From Alkanindiges illinoisensis DSM 15370 (lineage in GTDB: Bacteria > Pseudomonadota > Gammaproteobacteria > Pseudomonadales > Moraxellaceae): 32,000 nucleotides of DNA. Below are positions 8,737-17,752 of the stretch, one piece after another (the first letter of the stretch is position 1; every line of letters starts with the position of its first letter). The stretch spans positions 295,190 through 327,189 of the forward strand of contig NZ_JHUX01000004.1 of assembly GCF_000619845.1 (NCBI RefSeq). Reading direction: 5' to 3'. The position numbers were made by a program, and so were the translations under genes. Under the pieces are notes generated by a model. It saw only the letters and a list, made by a program, of their open reading frames with translations, was not told the origin of the DNA and did no database searches.

Positions 8737-10407
8737 ATGGAACACATCGAACGCGAAGCGATGGAGTTTGACGTGGTCATCGTTGGTGCAGGACCTGCTG
8801 GTCTTGCTGCCGCTATTCGCCTGCGCCAATTGGCAATTGAAAAAGACATGCCTGAACTATCGGTTTGTGTGGTAGAGAAAGGTTCCGAAGTGGGCGCTCA
8901 CATTTTATCGGGTGCAGTGCTGGAACCGCGCGCAATGAATGAGCTGTTCCCGGACTGGAAAGAACAGGGCGCGCCGCTGAATGTACCAGTAACCGAAGAC
9001 AAAACCTATTTCCTGCTGTCAGATGAAAAAAGCGTGGAAATGCCGCATTTCTTCGTGCCAAAAACCATGCACAACCCAGGCAACTATGTCGTGAGCCTTG
9101 GCAACGTGGTGCGCTGGCTGGGCCAGAAAGCCGAAGAAATGGAAGTGTCCATTTTCCCGGGCTTTGCTGCGGCTGACGTGCTGTACCATGAAGATGGCAG
9201 TGTGCGTGGCGTGGTAACTGGTGACATGGGGATTGGCAAGGATGGTCAGCCAACCCATAACTTTGCACCGGGCTATGAGTTGCTGGCCAAATACACTATT
9301 TTTGCTGAAGGCTGCCGTGGTCACTTAGGCAAGCGCCTGATGAGCCGGTTTGATTTGTGCAAGGATTCTGATCCGCAGCATTACGGTATTGGCATTAAAG
9401 AACTGTGGGATATTGATCCTGCCAAGCACAAGCCAGGTCTGGTAATGCACGGTGCAGGCTGGCCATTGACCGAAACTGGTTCCAGTGGCGGCTGGTGGTT
9501 GTATCATGCTGAAAACAATCAGGTGACACTGGGCATGATCATGGATCTGTCCTATAAAAACCCGCATGCCTATCCGTTTGAAGAAATGCAGCGCTGGAAA
9601 CATCACCCTGTAATCAAGCAATATCTGGAAGGCGGCAAGCGTGTTTCCTACGGTGCGCGTGCCGTAGTCAAAGGTGGCTTGAATGCCCTGCCTAAACTGA
9701 CCTTTCCGGGCGGCTGCCTGATTGGTGATGATGCAGGTTTCCTGAACTTTGCCAAAATTAAAGGCTCACACACCGCCATGAAATCCGGCATGCTGTGCGC
9801 CGAAGCAGTGTTTGAAGCCTTGGCAGCAGGTCGTTCTGGTGATGAAGTCACTGCCTACACCGACAAGTTCAACAATAGCTGGTTACGTGAAGAGCTGTTC
9901 AAGTCCCGTAACTTTGGTGCGGCCATGCACAAGTTTGGTACCTTTGTGGGTGGCGGCTTTAACTTTATTGACCAGAATATTTTCCGCATTCCGTTCACCC
10001 TGCGTGACCTGATGCCGGACTATAAGTCTTTGCAAACTGTTCAGGAAAATAACCACAAGCCCAACTATCCAAAGCCTGATGGTAAAATCAGCTTTGACCG
10101 CTTGTCGTCTGTATTTATTTCCAACACCGTGCATGAAGAAAATCAGCCAGCGCACCTGAAACTGACTGATCCGAATATTCCGGTTGAAGTGAACCTGCCG
10201 AAATGGGCTGAGCCTGCACAGCGCTATTGCCCGGCTGGCGTGTATGAAATTGTGAACGATGGCGGTGCGAATAAAGACCAGCCACGCTTCCAGATTAACG
10301 CGGCCAACTGTGTACACTGCAAAACCTGTGATATTAAAGACCCATCACAAAACATCACCTGGGTAACTCCAGAAGGTGGTGGCGGTCCTAATTATCCCAA
10401 CATGTAG
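8737..10407 (+). CDS. Electron-transfer flavoprotein:ubiquinone oxidoreductase (ETF-QO)
   Basis: FAD fold FDVVIVGAGPAGLAAA and the C-terminal 4Fe-4S region CPAGVYE...CVHCKTCDIKDP...GGGGPNYPNM. Start moved from TTG 8707 to ATG 8737, which has GAGGAG 7 nt upstream. Confidence 0.93.
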   Translation: MEHIEREAMEFDVVIVGAGPAGLAAAIRLRQLAIEKDMPELSVCVVEKGSEVGAHILSGAVLEPRAMNELFPDWKEQGAPLNVPVTEDKTYFLLSDEKSVEMPHFFVPKTMHNPGNYVVSLGNVVRWLGQKAEEMEVSIFPGFAAADVLYHEDGSVRGVVTGDMGIGKDGQPTHNFAPGYELLAKYTIFAEGCRGHLGKRLMSRFDLCKDSDPQHYGIGIKELWDIDPAKHKPGLVMHGAGWPLTETGSSGGWWLYHAENNQVTLGMIMDLSYKNPHAYPFEEMQRWKHHPVIKQYLEGGKRVSYGARAVVKGGLNALPKLTFPGGCLIGDDAGFLNFAKIKGSHTAMKSGMLCAEAVFEALAAGRSGDEVTAYTDKFNNSWLREELFKSRNFGAAMHKFGTFVGGGFNFIDQNIFRIPFTLRDLMPDYKSLQTVQENNHKPNYPKPDGKISFDRLSSVFISNTVHEENQPAHLKLTDPNIPVEVNLPKWAEPAQRYCPAGVYEIVNDGGANKDQPRFQINAANCVHCKTCDIKDPSQNITWVTPEGGGGPNYPNM

Positions 10408-10480
10408 GATTGTTCTTGCGGTACGGCAAAGCAATGCTTTGCTAGTCGTACCTCATATCCAAATATGTAATTCGGATATG

Positions 10481-10512
10481 AAAAAGGCCTCAACAATGGT
10501 TGGGGCTTTTTA
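10481..10512 (+). terminator. Rho-independent terminator of the ETF-QO gene
   Basis: GCCTCAAC (10487-10494) pairs with GTTGGGGC (10499-10506) around a 4-nt loop, followed by TTTTT. A TATAAT for the next gene follows immediately. Confidence 0.8.
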
Positions 10513-10570
10513 TAATGAGATAATACGTTAATTTTAAAGTGGTATTTTCTTAAATATTTTTGAGAGAAAC

Positions 10571-11149
10571 ATGGTGCGTCAGCAAGGCATATTAAAACAA
10601 TGGAACCCTGAAAAGGGCTTTGGTTTCATTCGCCCTGATGACGGCGGCAAAGATATCTTTATTCATATTAGTGCATTCCCAAAAGATGGAGTTACCCCAC
10701 GAATTGGCGAAAAAATTCGCTATGAAGTCAGTGTAGATCATCAGGGAAAACCAAAAGCAGCATGTATTGAGAGACTTGATGTTACCCCCATAACGAACCG
10801 AGCAACAATTAGAAAAAATTACAATAAAAACAAAAGATTAAAAACCAATTTTTTATCGGGCATTGTGTCACTACTGATTGGAATACTTGTGGTTCTTGGC
10901 ATTGTTTATACTATTTACAGCCAATATCAGCGCAGTCAATTGGCCAAGCAGCCCGTGACATCACCTTCAGTCTCTACCCCAGTTGAAGTTACTCATATAC
11001 CTTCGTCCACATCTCAATTTAGCTGTGATGGTCGGCAGCATTGCAGTCAAATGCATTCGTACGAAGAAGCAGTCTTTTTTATTAATCACTGTCCGGGTAC
11101 AAAGATGGATGGCGATAATGATGGTGAACCTTGTGAAGGTCAGTTTTAA
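10571..11149 (+). CDS. Cold-shock domain protein with a single TM helix and a C-terminal Excalibur calcium-binding domain
   Basis: CSD RNP motifs KGFGFI and DIFIHIS at the N-terminus, a hydrophobic helix FLSGIVSLLIGILVVLGIVYTIY, and C-terminal CDGRQHCSQMHSYEEAVFFINHCPGTKMDGDNDGEPCE (Excalibur DxDxDGxxCE). Confidence 0.85.
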   Translation: MVRQQGILKQWNPEKGFGFIRPDDGGKDIFIHISAFPKDGVTPRIGEKIRYEVSVDHQGKPKAACIERLDVTPITNRATIRKNYNKNKRLKTNFLSGIVSLLIGILVVLGIVYTIYSQYQRSQLAKQPVTSPSVSTPVEVTHIPSSTSQFSCDGRQHCSQMHSYEEAVFFINHCPGTKMDGDNDGEPCEGQF

Positions 11150-11157
11150 TCAGCTTT

Positions 11158-11985
11158 CTATTCCAACTTCGCCGCTTCTATAAACCAGTCCTTATTTTCA
11201 ATTTGTGCCAGCTCGTCAGTAGTCGGCTGTACTGCGCTATCCCGAAAGCCCTGAATGAGTGGATGCGGTGTGCCAATGCAAATATCCAGTGCCAGTCGCT
11301 CGGCGTTAAAATCATAGCGTCCGCGATGAATCATTTGGGCATTAAACACCAGCACATCACCCTGCTTTAAGGTAATGAGCTGGCTGTGTGGTAAATCATC
11401 GTGCTGCTGGTAGCCATCTTTGGCAAAACGGACCTTGCTTTCGAGGCCTGAATCCCACTGCTGATGGCTATGCGGAATCAGCTCAATCCCGGTTTCATCC
11501 CGTAGTGGAATACGTACATGCAGTGAAGTCAGTTCAGAATGTGCCTGCTGTTGCTGCACCTCAGGAATGGGGCTGTATTGCAGGTCACGGTGCCAGTAGT
11601 TGTGTTTTTGTGGATCAGCAGGGTTAAAAAATAGCTGGGTATTGTGAAAATACAACCCTTCGCCAAACACTGCTTTTAAAGTATCAACCAAAACCTTGCA
11701 GGACAATTCCTGAAAAAATGTCAGTCGCTGTTCAGGCTGTCCTGCAAAATACTTGGGCAATGTGAGTGAATGCATATTTACCAGTTGATCAAAATCCGGA
11801 TTAGGTTGGTTTTGTTCCAGCCATTGCGTATAAATGGGTTCAACACTTTGGTAAAGCTGGCTAATTTGCAGTGAAGTCAACAGTTGCGGCAACACTAGAT
11901 AGCCATGTTGCTGGTAATGGTGCTGCTGGTAAGCGTGTTGATCATACTGGCACCGGGAGTGAACGGGTTGCAGGGCTTTATCCAT
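11158..11985 (-). CDS. Fe(II)/2-oxoglutarate-dependent dioxygenase, phytanoyl-CoA dioxygenase (PhyH)-like
   Basis: NYWHRDLQY provides HxD and distal MIHRGRY provides the third His of the facial triad. GGAG lies 7 nt upstream of the ATG. The N-terminus is Gln/His-rich (QYDQHAYQQHHYQQHGY). Confidence 0.65.
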   Translation of the reverse strand: MDKALQPVHSRCQYDQHAYQQHHYQQHGYLVLPQLLTSLQISQLYQSVEPIYTQWLEQNQPNPDFDQLVNMHSLTLPKYFAGQPEQRLTFFQELSCKVLVDTLKAVFGEGLYFHNTQLFFNPADPQKHNYWHRDLQYSPIPEVQQQQAHSELTSLHVRIPLRDETGIELIPHSHQQWDSGLESKVRFAKDGYQQHDDLPHSQLITLKQGDVLVFNAQMIHRGRYDFNAERLALDICIGTPHPLIQGFRDSAVQPTTDELAQIENKDWFIEAAKLE

Positions 11986-12016
11986 GCTGTGCTCCGAGCT
12001 GCTGCGCTTGCCTGCC

Positions 12017-12649
12017 CTAGTTTTGCTGTTCTGTATTTTTGGTACTTTCAGCTAGCTCGGCATTGACATAGCTGACAATCATGCGGGTCACGCCCTTGAT
12101 CATGTCATCAAAGCTGATATTGGGATTAGGCATTATCAGGTGACGGATAATTGGAAAAATCCCGCTATTGATGCAAATGTAGGCCATTGCCGGAATATTC
12201 GGTACGCGCAGATATTTGGGATTGTTCATCACATAACGCATAATCAGTTCCATCAGGCCCTGTTCCATCTTGTCCACGTATTGCTCATATTCCAGCGCGC
12301 CCACATAACGCACGCATTTCAGGTAACGCTCATTATCACGCTTGAGCAAATTACTGAACTCATAAAACATGATTTCAAGCGCCTGTTCCAGCTCCACCTG
12401 AACCAGCAATGGGGCAACATTTTTGAGCATCATCAGCACTTCATCAGTGAAATGCCGACCCATGGCTGCATAAATTGCTTCCTTGTTCCTGAAGTATTCA
12501 TACAGTGAACCGACGCTAATTCCAGCAATTTCAGCAATATGCCTCGTGGTCGTGCCTTCCATGCCGCGCTCCACCATGCAAATGAATCCTGCTTCAATAA
12601 TGGCATCAACAGTGATTTTGGCACGAGTTTGCTGTGGCTTTCTGACCAT
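12017..12649 (-). CDS. TetR/AcrR family transcriptional regulator
   Basis: N-terminal HTH TTRHIAEIAGISVGSLYEYFRNKEAI. Start moved to Met23 (MVRKPQQTRAK...). It lies 31 nt upstream of the dioxygenase gene on the same strand. Confidence 0.88.
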   Translation of the reverse strand: MVRKPQQTRAKITVDAIIEAGFICMVERGMEGTTTRHIAEIAGISVGSLYEYFRNKEAIYAAMGRHFTDEVLMMLKNVAPLLVQVELEQALEIMFYEFSNLLKRDNERYLKCVRYVGALEYEQYVDKMEQGLMELIMRYVMNNPKYLRVPNIPAMAYICINSGIFPIIRHLIMPNPNISFDDMIKGVTRMIVSYVNAELAESTKNTEQQN

Positions 12650-12664
12650 AAAACACCCCAATTG

Positions 12665-12686
12665 AATCCGAACACATGATCGGATT
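12665..12686. promoter_or_regulatory. Inverted repeat AATCCGA-N8-TCGGATT, candidate TetR operator
   Basis: 7-bp perfect arms (12665-12671 and 12680-12686) located 16-37 bp upstream of the TetR start codon. The function is inferred from position only. Confidence 0.4.
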
Positions 12687-12833
12687 ATAGTGGATGAACC
12701 ATGACAGCAGGTCAATTGCCTATCTGCCCAGCCCAGTAAAAACCAGCCTTTATTTACAAACTTTATTGATAAATCATGTGGTTTATTCAGGCGTATATAT
12801 TGCTAACAGTATAATCCGGTAAAGCTGTAGCCT

Positions 12834-13115
12834 TTATTTTTTCTTGATATCAAACAGATACTGCGTTTTTCCGTTATTGTCCTGCTGGTGCTGGCCAAGC
12901 AGTTCATGCCCCAGATGCAGGCAAAACTTGGGAATATCACGCGTGGTTGAAGGATCAGTTGCCACCACATGAATGATCTGGCCAGACTGGCTTTTGCGAA
13001 TGGCCTGATGCAGCATCATGACAGGTTCAGGACAGTTTAGGCCGCTAGTGTCAAGATGAACGCTATCCAGCGTTAGGTTGTCGGCAGGGTTTGAAGAATT
13101 TTCAGGCATGATCAA
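12834..13115 (-). CDS. tusA: Sulfurtransferase TusA family protein
   Basis: [21 protein letters not shown] contains the conserved CPxP active-site cysteine motif. The size, about 90 aa, also fits. Confidence 0.8.
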   Translation of the reverse strand: MIMPENSSNPADNLTLDSVHLDTSGLNCPEPVMMLHQAIRKSQSGQIIHVVATDPSTTRDIPKFCLHLGHELLGQHQQDNNGKTQYLFDIKKK

Positions 13116-13307
13116 TTTGGCAGGTTCAGTTTGACAGGTTAAACATGCCTCACATCATAGCATTAACCGCTTGTAAATTTCCGTGCGGTTACAGCAAGCT
13201 TAATGATGCAAAAAGCCTGTTTTTTAGGCAAGAAGTTTTAATGCAAGAAGCGGCGAGCTCGGCTATGATAGCCCTATCCTTTTTTGTTTTTGACTTGAGA
13301 TTTAAAA

Positions 13308-14141
13308 ATGCGTGAGGAACCAGGCCCGTCGTGGACAATGCGTGGCCTTAAAAAATGGTTATCAACTGCACCAGAAACCCGTGATGAGCTAATGAAGCTG
13401 GTGCATGATTCACGAAAATTTTTAGAACCCGATACCGTCGATATGCTGGAAGGCGTTCTGGATTTGCCTGCAACCCAGATCCGCGAAATTATGACGCCAC
13501 GCCCTGCCATTGTCAGCCTGGTTGAAGACGATGCCCTGCTGGATATTTTGCCGGTATTGATTGAATCGGCGCATTCCCGTTTTCCGGTTTTTTCTGCCAG
13601 TGAACAGGACACCGTGGTTGGCATTTTGCTGGCCAAGGACTTGCTGCCAGTGCTGGGTCAAAGCAACCAGCTCATTGATGTAAAAAGCCTGATGCGCCAG
13701 CCAGTGTTTGTGCCGGAAACTGCGCGTTCCGATCAGGTGCTGCGCATGCTCAAGCACACGCAAACGCATATTGCCATTGTAGTGGATGAATACGGGACAA
13801 CATCTGGCATCGTCACGCTGGAAGACCTGCTGGAAGAAATTGTGGGTGAAATTGAAGACGAACATGATGTCGATGATCCACTGGCCGAATATATCGTGCC
13901 AGACCATGAAGTCTCTGGTGCCTGGCTGGTACAGGCTCTAACCCCGATTGAGCATTTTAATGATGTGTTAAGTGCGGAATTTTCCACTGAAGAGGTGGAA
14001 ACCATTGGCGGCCTGCTGTTGCAGGAAATTGGTCGTGTGAGCGATCTGGAAGGCCAGGTGGTCAATCTGAATGAGTGGACGTTTAAGATTTTGCAGGCGG
14101 ATGCCCGCAGCATCATTCTGGTTAGAGCTGTAAAAGCATGA
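13308..14141 (+). CDS. corC: CorC/YbeX-type Mg2+/Co2+ efflux-associated protein (CBS pair plus CorC_HlyC domain)
   Basis: [12 protein letters not shown]...DMLEGVLDL...[26 protein letters not shown], and its position directly upstream of lnt, as in E. coli ybeX-lnt. Confidence 0.9.
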   Translation: MREEPGPSWTMRGLKKWLSTAPETRDELMKLVHDSRKFLEPDTVDMLEGVLDLPATQIREIMTPRPAIVSLVEDDALLDILPVLIESAHSRFPVFSASEQDTVVGILLAKDLLPVLGQSNQLIDVKSLMRQPVFVPETARSDQVLRMLKHTQTHIAIVVDEYGTTSGIVTLEDLLEEIVGEIEDEHDVDDPLAEYIVPDHEVSGAWLVQALTPIEHFNDVLSAEFSTEEVETIGGLLLQEIGRVSDLEGQVVNLNEWTFKILQADARSIILVRAVKA

Positions 14142-15709
14142 GAAATGTATTTGCACGCTTGAATAAAAAAAACAGCAAATCCCGCAAAAACGCCAATGAC
14201 CCCAAACTGCCGTTAATTAGTGCCATGATTTTTGCGCTGCTGGCTGGAGCCATGCTACCGCTATCGCTATCGCCCTATGAATGGTGGTGGTTTGCGCTGA
14301 TTTCTCCCGCCATTTTTTATGTGTTGCTCAATAACCGTAGCACCAAACAGGCCTTCTGGATTGGTCAAAGCTATGGTTTTGGTCTATGGACGGTAGGTGG
14401 ATTCTGGCTATACACCTCAATTCATGTGTACGGCGACACACCGATGCCGCTAGCCCTTGGCATGATTGCTTTTGTTGGCATAGGCATGGGTCTGTTTAAT
14501 GCAATTCAGACCGCACTATACCGACGTTTTTTTGGCCATAGTCCGCTCACCTTTGCCCCGCTGTGGGTGTTTGCCGAATGGACCAAGACCTGGATTTTTA
14601 CCGGTTTCCCGTGGCTATTTGCCGGGTATGCGTTTACCACTTATCGGCTGGATAATTTTGCCCCGCTGGCTGGCATTTATGCTGTATCGTTTGTGGTGAT
14701 TTTTATTGCTGCCAGTCTGGTGGAAATTGCCAAAGGCCGTCTGTTCTGGGCCTTGCCATCCCTTTTACTGATAGCAATTGCCGTTGGTTTGGGACAAGTG
14801 CAATGGACCAGCCCCAAAAAATCCGCGCCGCTAACGGTGTCATTAATTCAGGGCAATATTCCACAAGATTTAAAATGGCTCACTGAATATCAGGGCGAAA
14901 CACTGGCCATTTATGCCACCTTAAGCCAAAAGGAATGGGGACGTGATCTGGTGGTGTGGCCGGAATCCTCCATTCCTTTGTTTCAGGCCGATGTGCAACC
15001 ATTTATTGATGCCGTGGCAAAGCATGCGGCGCAGTCCAATTCCGCGTGGGTGACTGGTATTCCCTATGCCGAATTAAATACCTATAACCCGGCCACCAAC
15101 AGCTACGATGAGTTTTATAATGCCATTATGGCGGCTGGCAAGGACTCGCATGGCTTGTATAAAAAGCAGCGACTGGTGCCATTTGGTGAATATGTGCCAT
15201 TATCAGGCACCCTAAAATGGGTACTGCCCTCGCTTAAAAATGACGTGAGCATGACCAGCTTTAGCGCAGGTGGCAGCAACCAAAAGCCATTAAATGTGAA
15301 AGGACATCGTCTGGCTGCTGCGATTTGCTATGAAGTGGCCTATCCCAACCTGACCCGCAACAATGCACAGCGCAGTGATTTTCTGGTGACACTGTCCAAT
15401 GATGCCTGGTTTACGGGTACTGATGGCCCGTGGCAACACCTGCAAATGGTACAAATGCGCGCCAAGGAAAATGGCCGCTGGTTTATCCGTGCTACCAATA
15501 CGGGCGTAACAGCCTTTATCAATCCACAAGGCCACATTGAACGTATGCTCAAGCAGGATGTGCGTGGGGTATTACGCGGTGACTTGCCAGCCATGCAGGG
15601 CAGTACCCCTTACATGCGTTTTGGCGACTGGCCGATTTTAATTATTAGTGGTCTGCTGTTACTGCTGGGTGGTTGGGTGAAGCGCAGTAGTTCGCCACGA
15701 CGACGCTAA
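14138..15709 (+). CDS. lnt: Apolipoprotein N-acyltransferase
   Basis: Multi-TM N-terminal half followed by a CN-hydrolase domain ([32 protein letters not shown]). ATGA start/stop overlap with corC. Confidence 0.92.
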   Translation: MRNVFARLNKKNSKSRKNANDPKLPLISAMIFALLAGAMLPLSLSPYEWWWFALISPAIFYVLLNNRSTKQAFWIGQSYGFGLWTVGGFWLYTSIHVYGDTPMPLALGMIAFVGIGMGLFNAIQTALYRRFFGHSPLTFAPLWVFAEWTKTWIFTGFPWLFAGYAFTTYRLDNFAPLAGIYAVSFVVIFIAASLVEIAKGRLFWALPSLLLIAIAVGLGQVQWTSPKKSAPLTVSLIQGNIPQDLKWLTEYQGETLAIYATLSQKEWGRDLVVWPESSIPLFQADVQPFIDAVAKHAAQSNSAWVTGIPYAELNTYNPATNSYDEFYNAIMAAGKDSHGLYKKQRLVPFGEYVPLSGTLKWVLPSLKNDVSMTSFSAGGSNQKPLNVKGHRLAAAICYEVAYPNLTRNNAQRSDFLVTLSNDAWFTGTDGPWQHLQMVQMRAKENGRWFIRATNTGVTAFINPQGHIERMLKQDVRGVLRGDLPAMQGSTPYMRFGDWPILIISGLLLLLGGWVKRSSSPRRR

Positions 15710-15747
15710 TTTGCCACCCAGCGCAGAACCCAAAATAGGACAACACC

Positions 15748-16434
15748 ATGATTACCCTGCATCACTTGAATAACTCACGCTCGCAAAGAATCTTGTGGCT
15801 GATGGAAGAACTGGAGATTCCCTACCAGATCAAGTTTTACCAGCGTGATGCCAAAACCATGCTGGCACCGCCAGAACTGAAAGCTGTACATCCGCTAGGC
15901 AAATCACCTGTGATTACCGATGATGGCAATCCCATGGGAAATATCACCTTGGCAGAATCCGCGGTCATTATTGATTATCTGGTAAAAACTTACGGAAATG
16001 GCCGTCTAATGCCTGCCGACAATACCCCGGAACGCATCCGTTATGATTACTGGATGCATTATGCAGAAGGTTCTGCCATGCCACCGCTGGTAATGAAACT
16101 GATTTTTAACCAGATTCCCAAGCAGAAAATGCCATTTTTTGCACGGCCGATTGCCCGCAAGATTACTGAGCGGGTGCTGGGTGCCTATATTGATCCGCAA
16201 TTAAAGCTGCATCTGGATTATTTAAGCAGTGAACTGCAACCATCCGGTTGGTTTGTGGGCGATACGTTTTCAGCAGCAGATATCCAGCTTAGTTTTCCAC
16301 TGGAAGCGGCGTCCCAGCGCACTAGCCTTAAGCAGCAATACCCTAAGCTGGTGGATTTCCTGAAGCGGATTCATGCACGGCCAGCCTACCAGCGTGCCCT
16401 GCAAAAAGGCGGCGCCTATGCCTATGCTGAATAA
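15748..16434 (+). CDS. Glutathione S-transferase family protein
   Basis: N-terminal thioredoxin-like region with SRSQRILWLMEELEIPY and HPLGKSPVITDDG...LAESAVIIDYL, plus a helical C-terminal domain. Confidence 0.85.
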   Translation: MITLHHLNNSRSQRILWLMEELEIPYQIKFYQRDAKTMLAPPELKAVHPLGKSPVITDDGNPMGNITLAESAVIIDYLVKTYGNGRLMPADNTPERIRYDYWMHYAEGSAMPPLVMKLIFNQIPKQKMPFFARPIARKITERVLGAYIDPQLKLHLDYLSSELQPSGWFVGDTFSAADIQLSFPLEAASQRTSLKQQYPKLVDFLKRIHARPAYQRALQKGGAYAYAE

Positions 16435-16437
16435 GCA

Positions 16438-17568
16438 CTAAGGCATCAACTGCTCAACCTGTGGTGAGCGCAGGCAGGCCAGCAACTTGCGTTCAAAGGC
16501 CTGCCAGTCCGTGGTATTGCTTGATTTTTCTGTGCTATTTTCAGTGGTAACAATAATTTCCAGCCGGTTATCACTAAGCCCATCATGGCTATGATAATTC
16601 AACTGAGTTGGGCTAAAATTAATGGCAATCCAGCCTTGCTCGGTATGCATTACGCCTTTGATACGTAACCAGTTGCTGGCGGTTAGCAGGCAGTCAATGA
16701 GAGCTTTTTGCTCAAATTGCCATACGGCAGGTAAACACCAACCTGCCACCTCATGGCCTATGGCCTGCTCTACATAATGAAATGGCGGTTCCAGCGTACT
16801 GGTACTGGAATCTGCTGGCTGCTCGGTTAATTCAAGCGAATTCTGGTCAATAGACTTCTGGCCAAAAGACTTATGACCAACAATAACTGGATTCAGCAAA
16901 GGCCGTCGTTGTATAGAGTGATGTGCAGGGCGATAGTTAATATATTGAAAGTCCAGCCTGCCCTGCTCAATCAGATAAACCTGCTGCTCAAACTTGGGAT
17001 ATTGCGCAATGAGCTGCTGTATGGCTTGTTCATGCGCTGACTGCATCTCATCTGCGTGTGAAACCAGCAAAATGTCTGACACTTCCAGCTGACTGAGCAA
17101 GATACTGTGCTGGCGATAGCGCGCGTCCAGCAACATGGCTGCACTAACCACACATACCACAGCCTGTAATTGCAGGCTGGTTTGCCAGTGCGCCTGACTC
17201 AACTGGTAAATCAATTGATCAGCATGCGCCAAACCCGTGGGCTCGATAAACAGGCGATCCGGCTTGGTTTGCTGCAATAGCCGGGACAGCGCCACCTGCA
17301 TCGGCAGTTGGCTGGTACAGCACAGGCAACCGCCGATCACTTCCTTAATGGCAATTCCATCCTGCTGGCGAATTAACGCCTGATCCACACCAATTTTGCC
17401 AAATTCATTAATGAGCACTGCCCAGGTTTCACCTACTGGCTTTTGTGCCAGCAATCCATTCAGCACTGTGGTTTTTCCAGCGCCTAAAAAACCGGTAATG
17501 ATATGGGTTGGTACGGCTTGAATAGAGCTTGCCTGCACAATCGGCTTTAGCATGGCATTGATCATCAT
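16438..17568 (-). CDS. COG0523/CobW-family GTPase metallochaperone (ZigA/YeiR-like), likely Zur-regulated
   Basis: P-loop GFLGAGKTT, metal-binding GGCLCCT (CxCC), EPTGLA, and a CobW_C-like C-terminus. The track start at 17622 would place the Zur box inside the coding sequence, so the start is moved to 17568. ATGs at 17565 and 17553 are equally possible and no clear SD is present. Confidence 0.88.
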   Translation of the reverse strand: MMINAMLKPIVQASSIQAVPTHIITGFLGAGKTTVLNGLLAQKPVGETWAVLINEFGKIGVDQALIRQQDGIAIKEVIGGCLCCTSQLPMQVALSRLLQQTKPDRLFIEPTGLAHADQLIYQLSQAHWQTSLQLQAVVCVVSAAMLLDARYRQHSILLSQLEVSDILLVSHADEMQSAHEQAIQQLIAQYPKFEQQVYLIEQGRLDFQYINYRPAHHSIQRRPLLNPVIVGHKSFGQKSIDQNSLELTEQPADSSTSTLEPPFHYVEQAIGHEVAGWCLPAVWQFEQKALIDCLLTASNWLRIKGVMHTEQGWIAINFSPTQLNYHSHDGLSDNRLEIIVTTENSTEKSSNTTDWQAFERKLLACLRSPQVEQLMP

Positions 17569-17579
17569 TAAATCACTAT

Positions 17580-17594
17580 TGTTATAATATAACA
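17580..17594. promoter_or_regulatory. Zur box (TGTTATAATATAACA)
   Basis: A 15-bp perfect palindrome identical to the core of the gammaproteobacterial Zur consensus (GAAATGTTATAATATAACATTTC). It lies 12 bp upstream of the COG0523 start and overlaps a plausible -10 (TATTAT on the minus strand, 17 nt after TTCATT). Confidence 0.75.
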
Positions 17595-17752
17595 TTAAAC
17601 TTAAAAAATGAATGCTCTCCAATTAACCCCTAAATCTGTTGCCAATCATTAAACATTGCTTCAACGCAGCGTTGCAAAAACGTGTCTTGTTGGCTGATTT
17701 AATATCCGCATAATAGGCTTATCGCAACGATAAACATTCAGGAGCAAACAGC

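Noticed and set aside
12619-12633. sigma54-like TGGCACGAGTTTGCT
   Set aside because: The GG-to-GC spacing is one base short of the -24/-12 consensus. The element lies inside the TetR coding sequence on the antisense strand with nothing downstream to drive.
17569-17622. N-terminal extensions offered by the ORF track (COG0523 to 17622, TetR to 12715, lipoprotein to 3601, ETF-QO from 8707, yacG from 2576, hslO from 29320, flavoprotein to 1753, methyltransferase to 2375)
   Set aside because: The extensions run through operator or promoter elements (Zur box, TetR inverted repeat), overlap upstream genes, or use GTG/TTG without an RBS. In each case a downstream ATG has an SD and/or gives the family-typical N-terminus.
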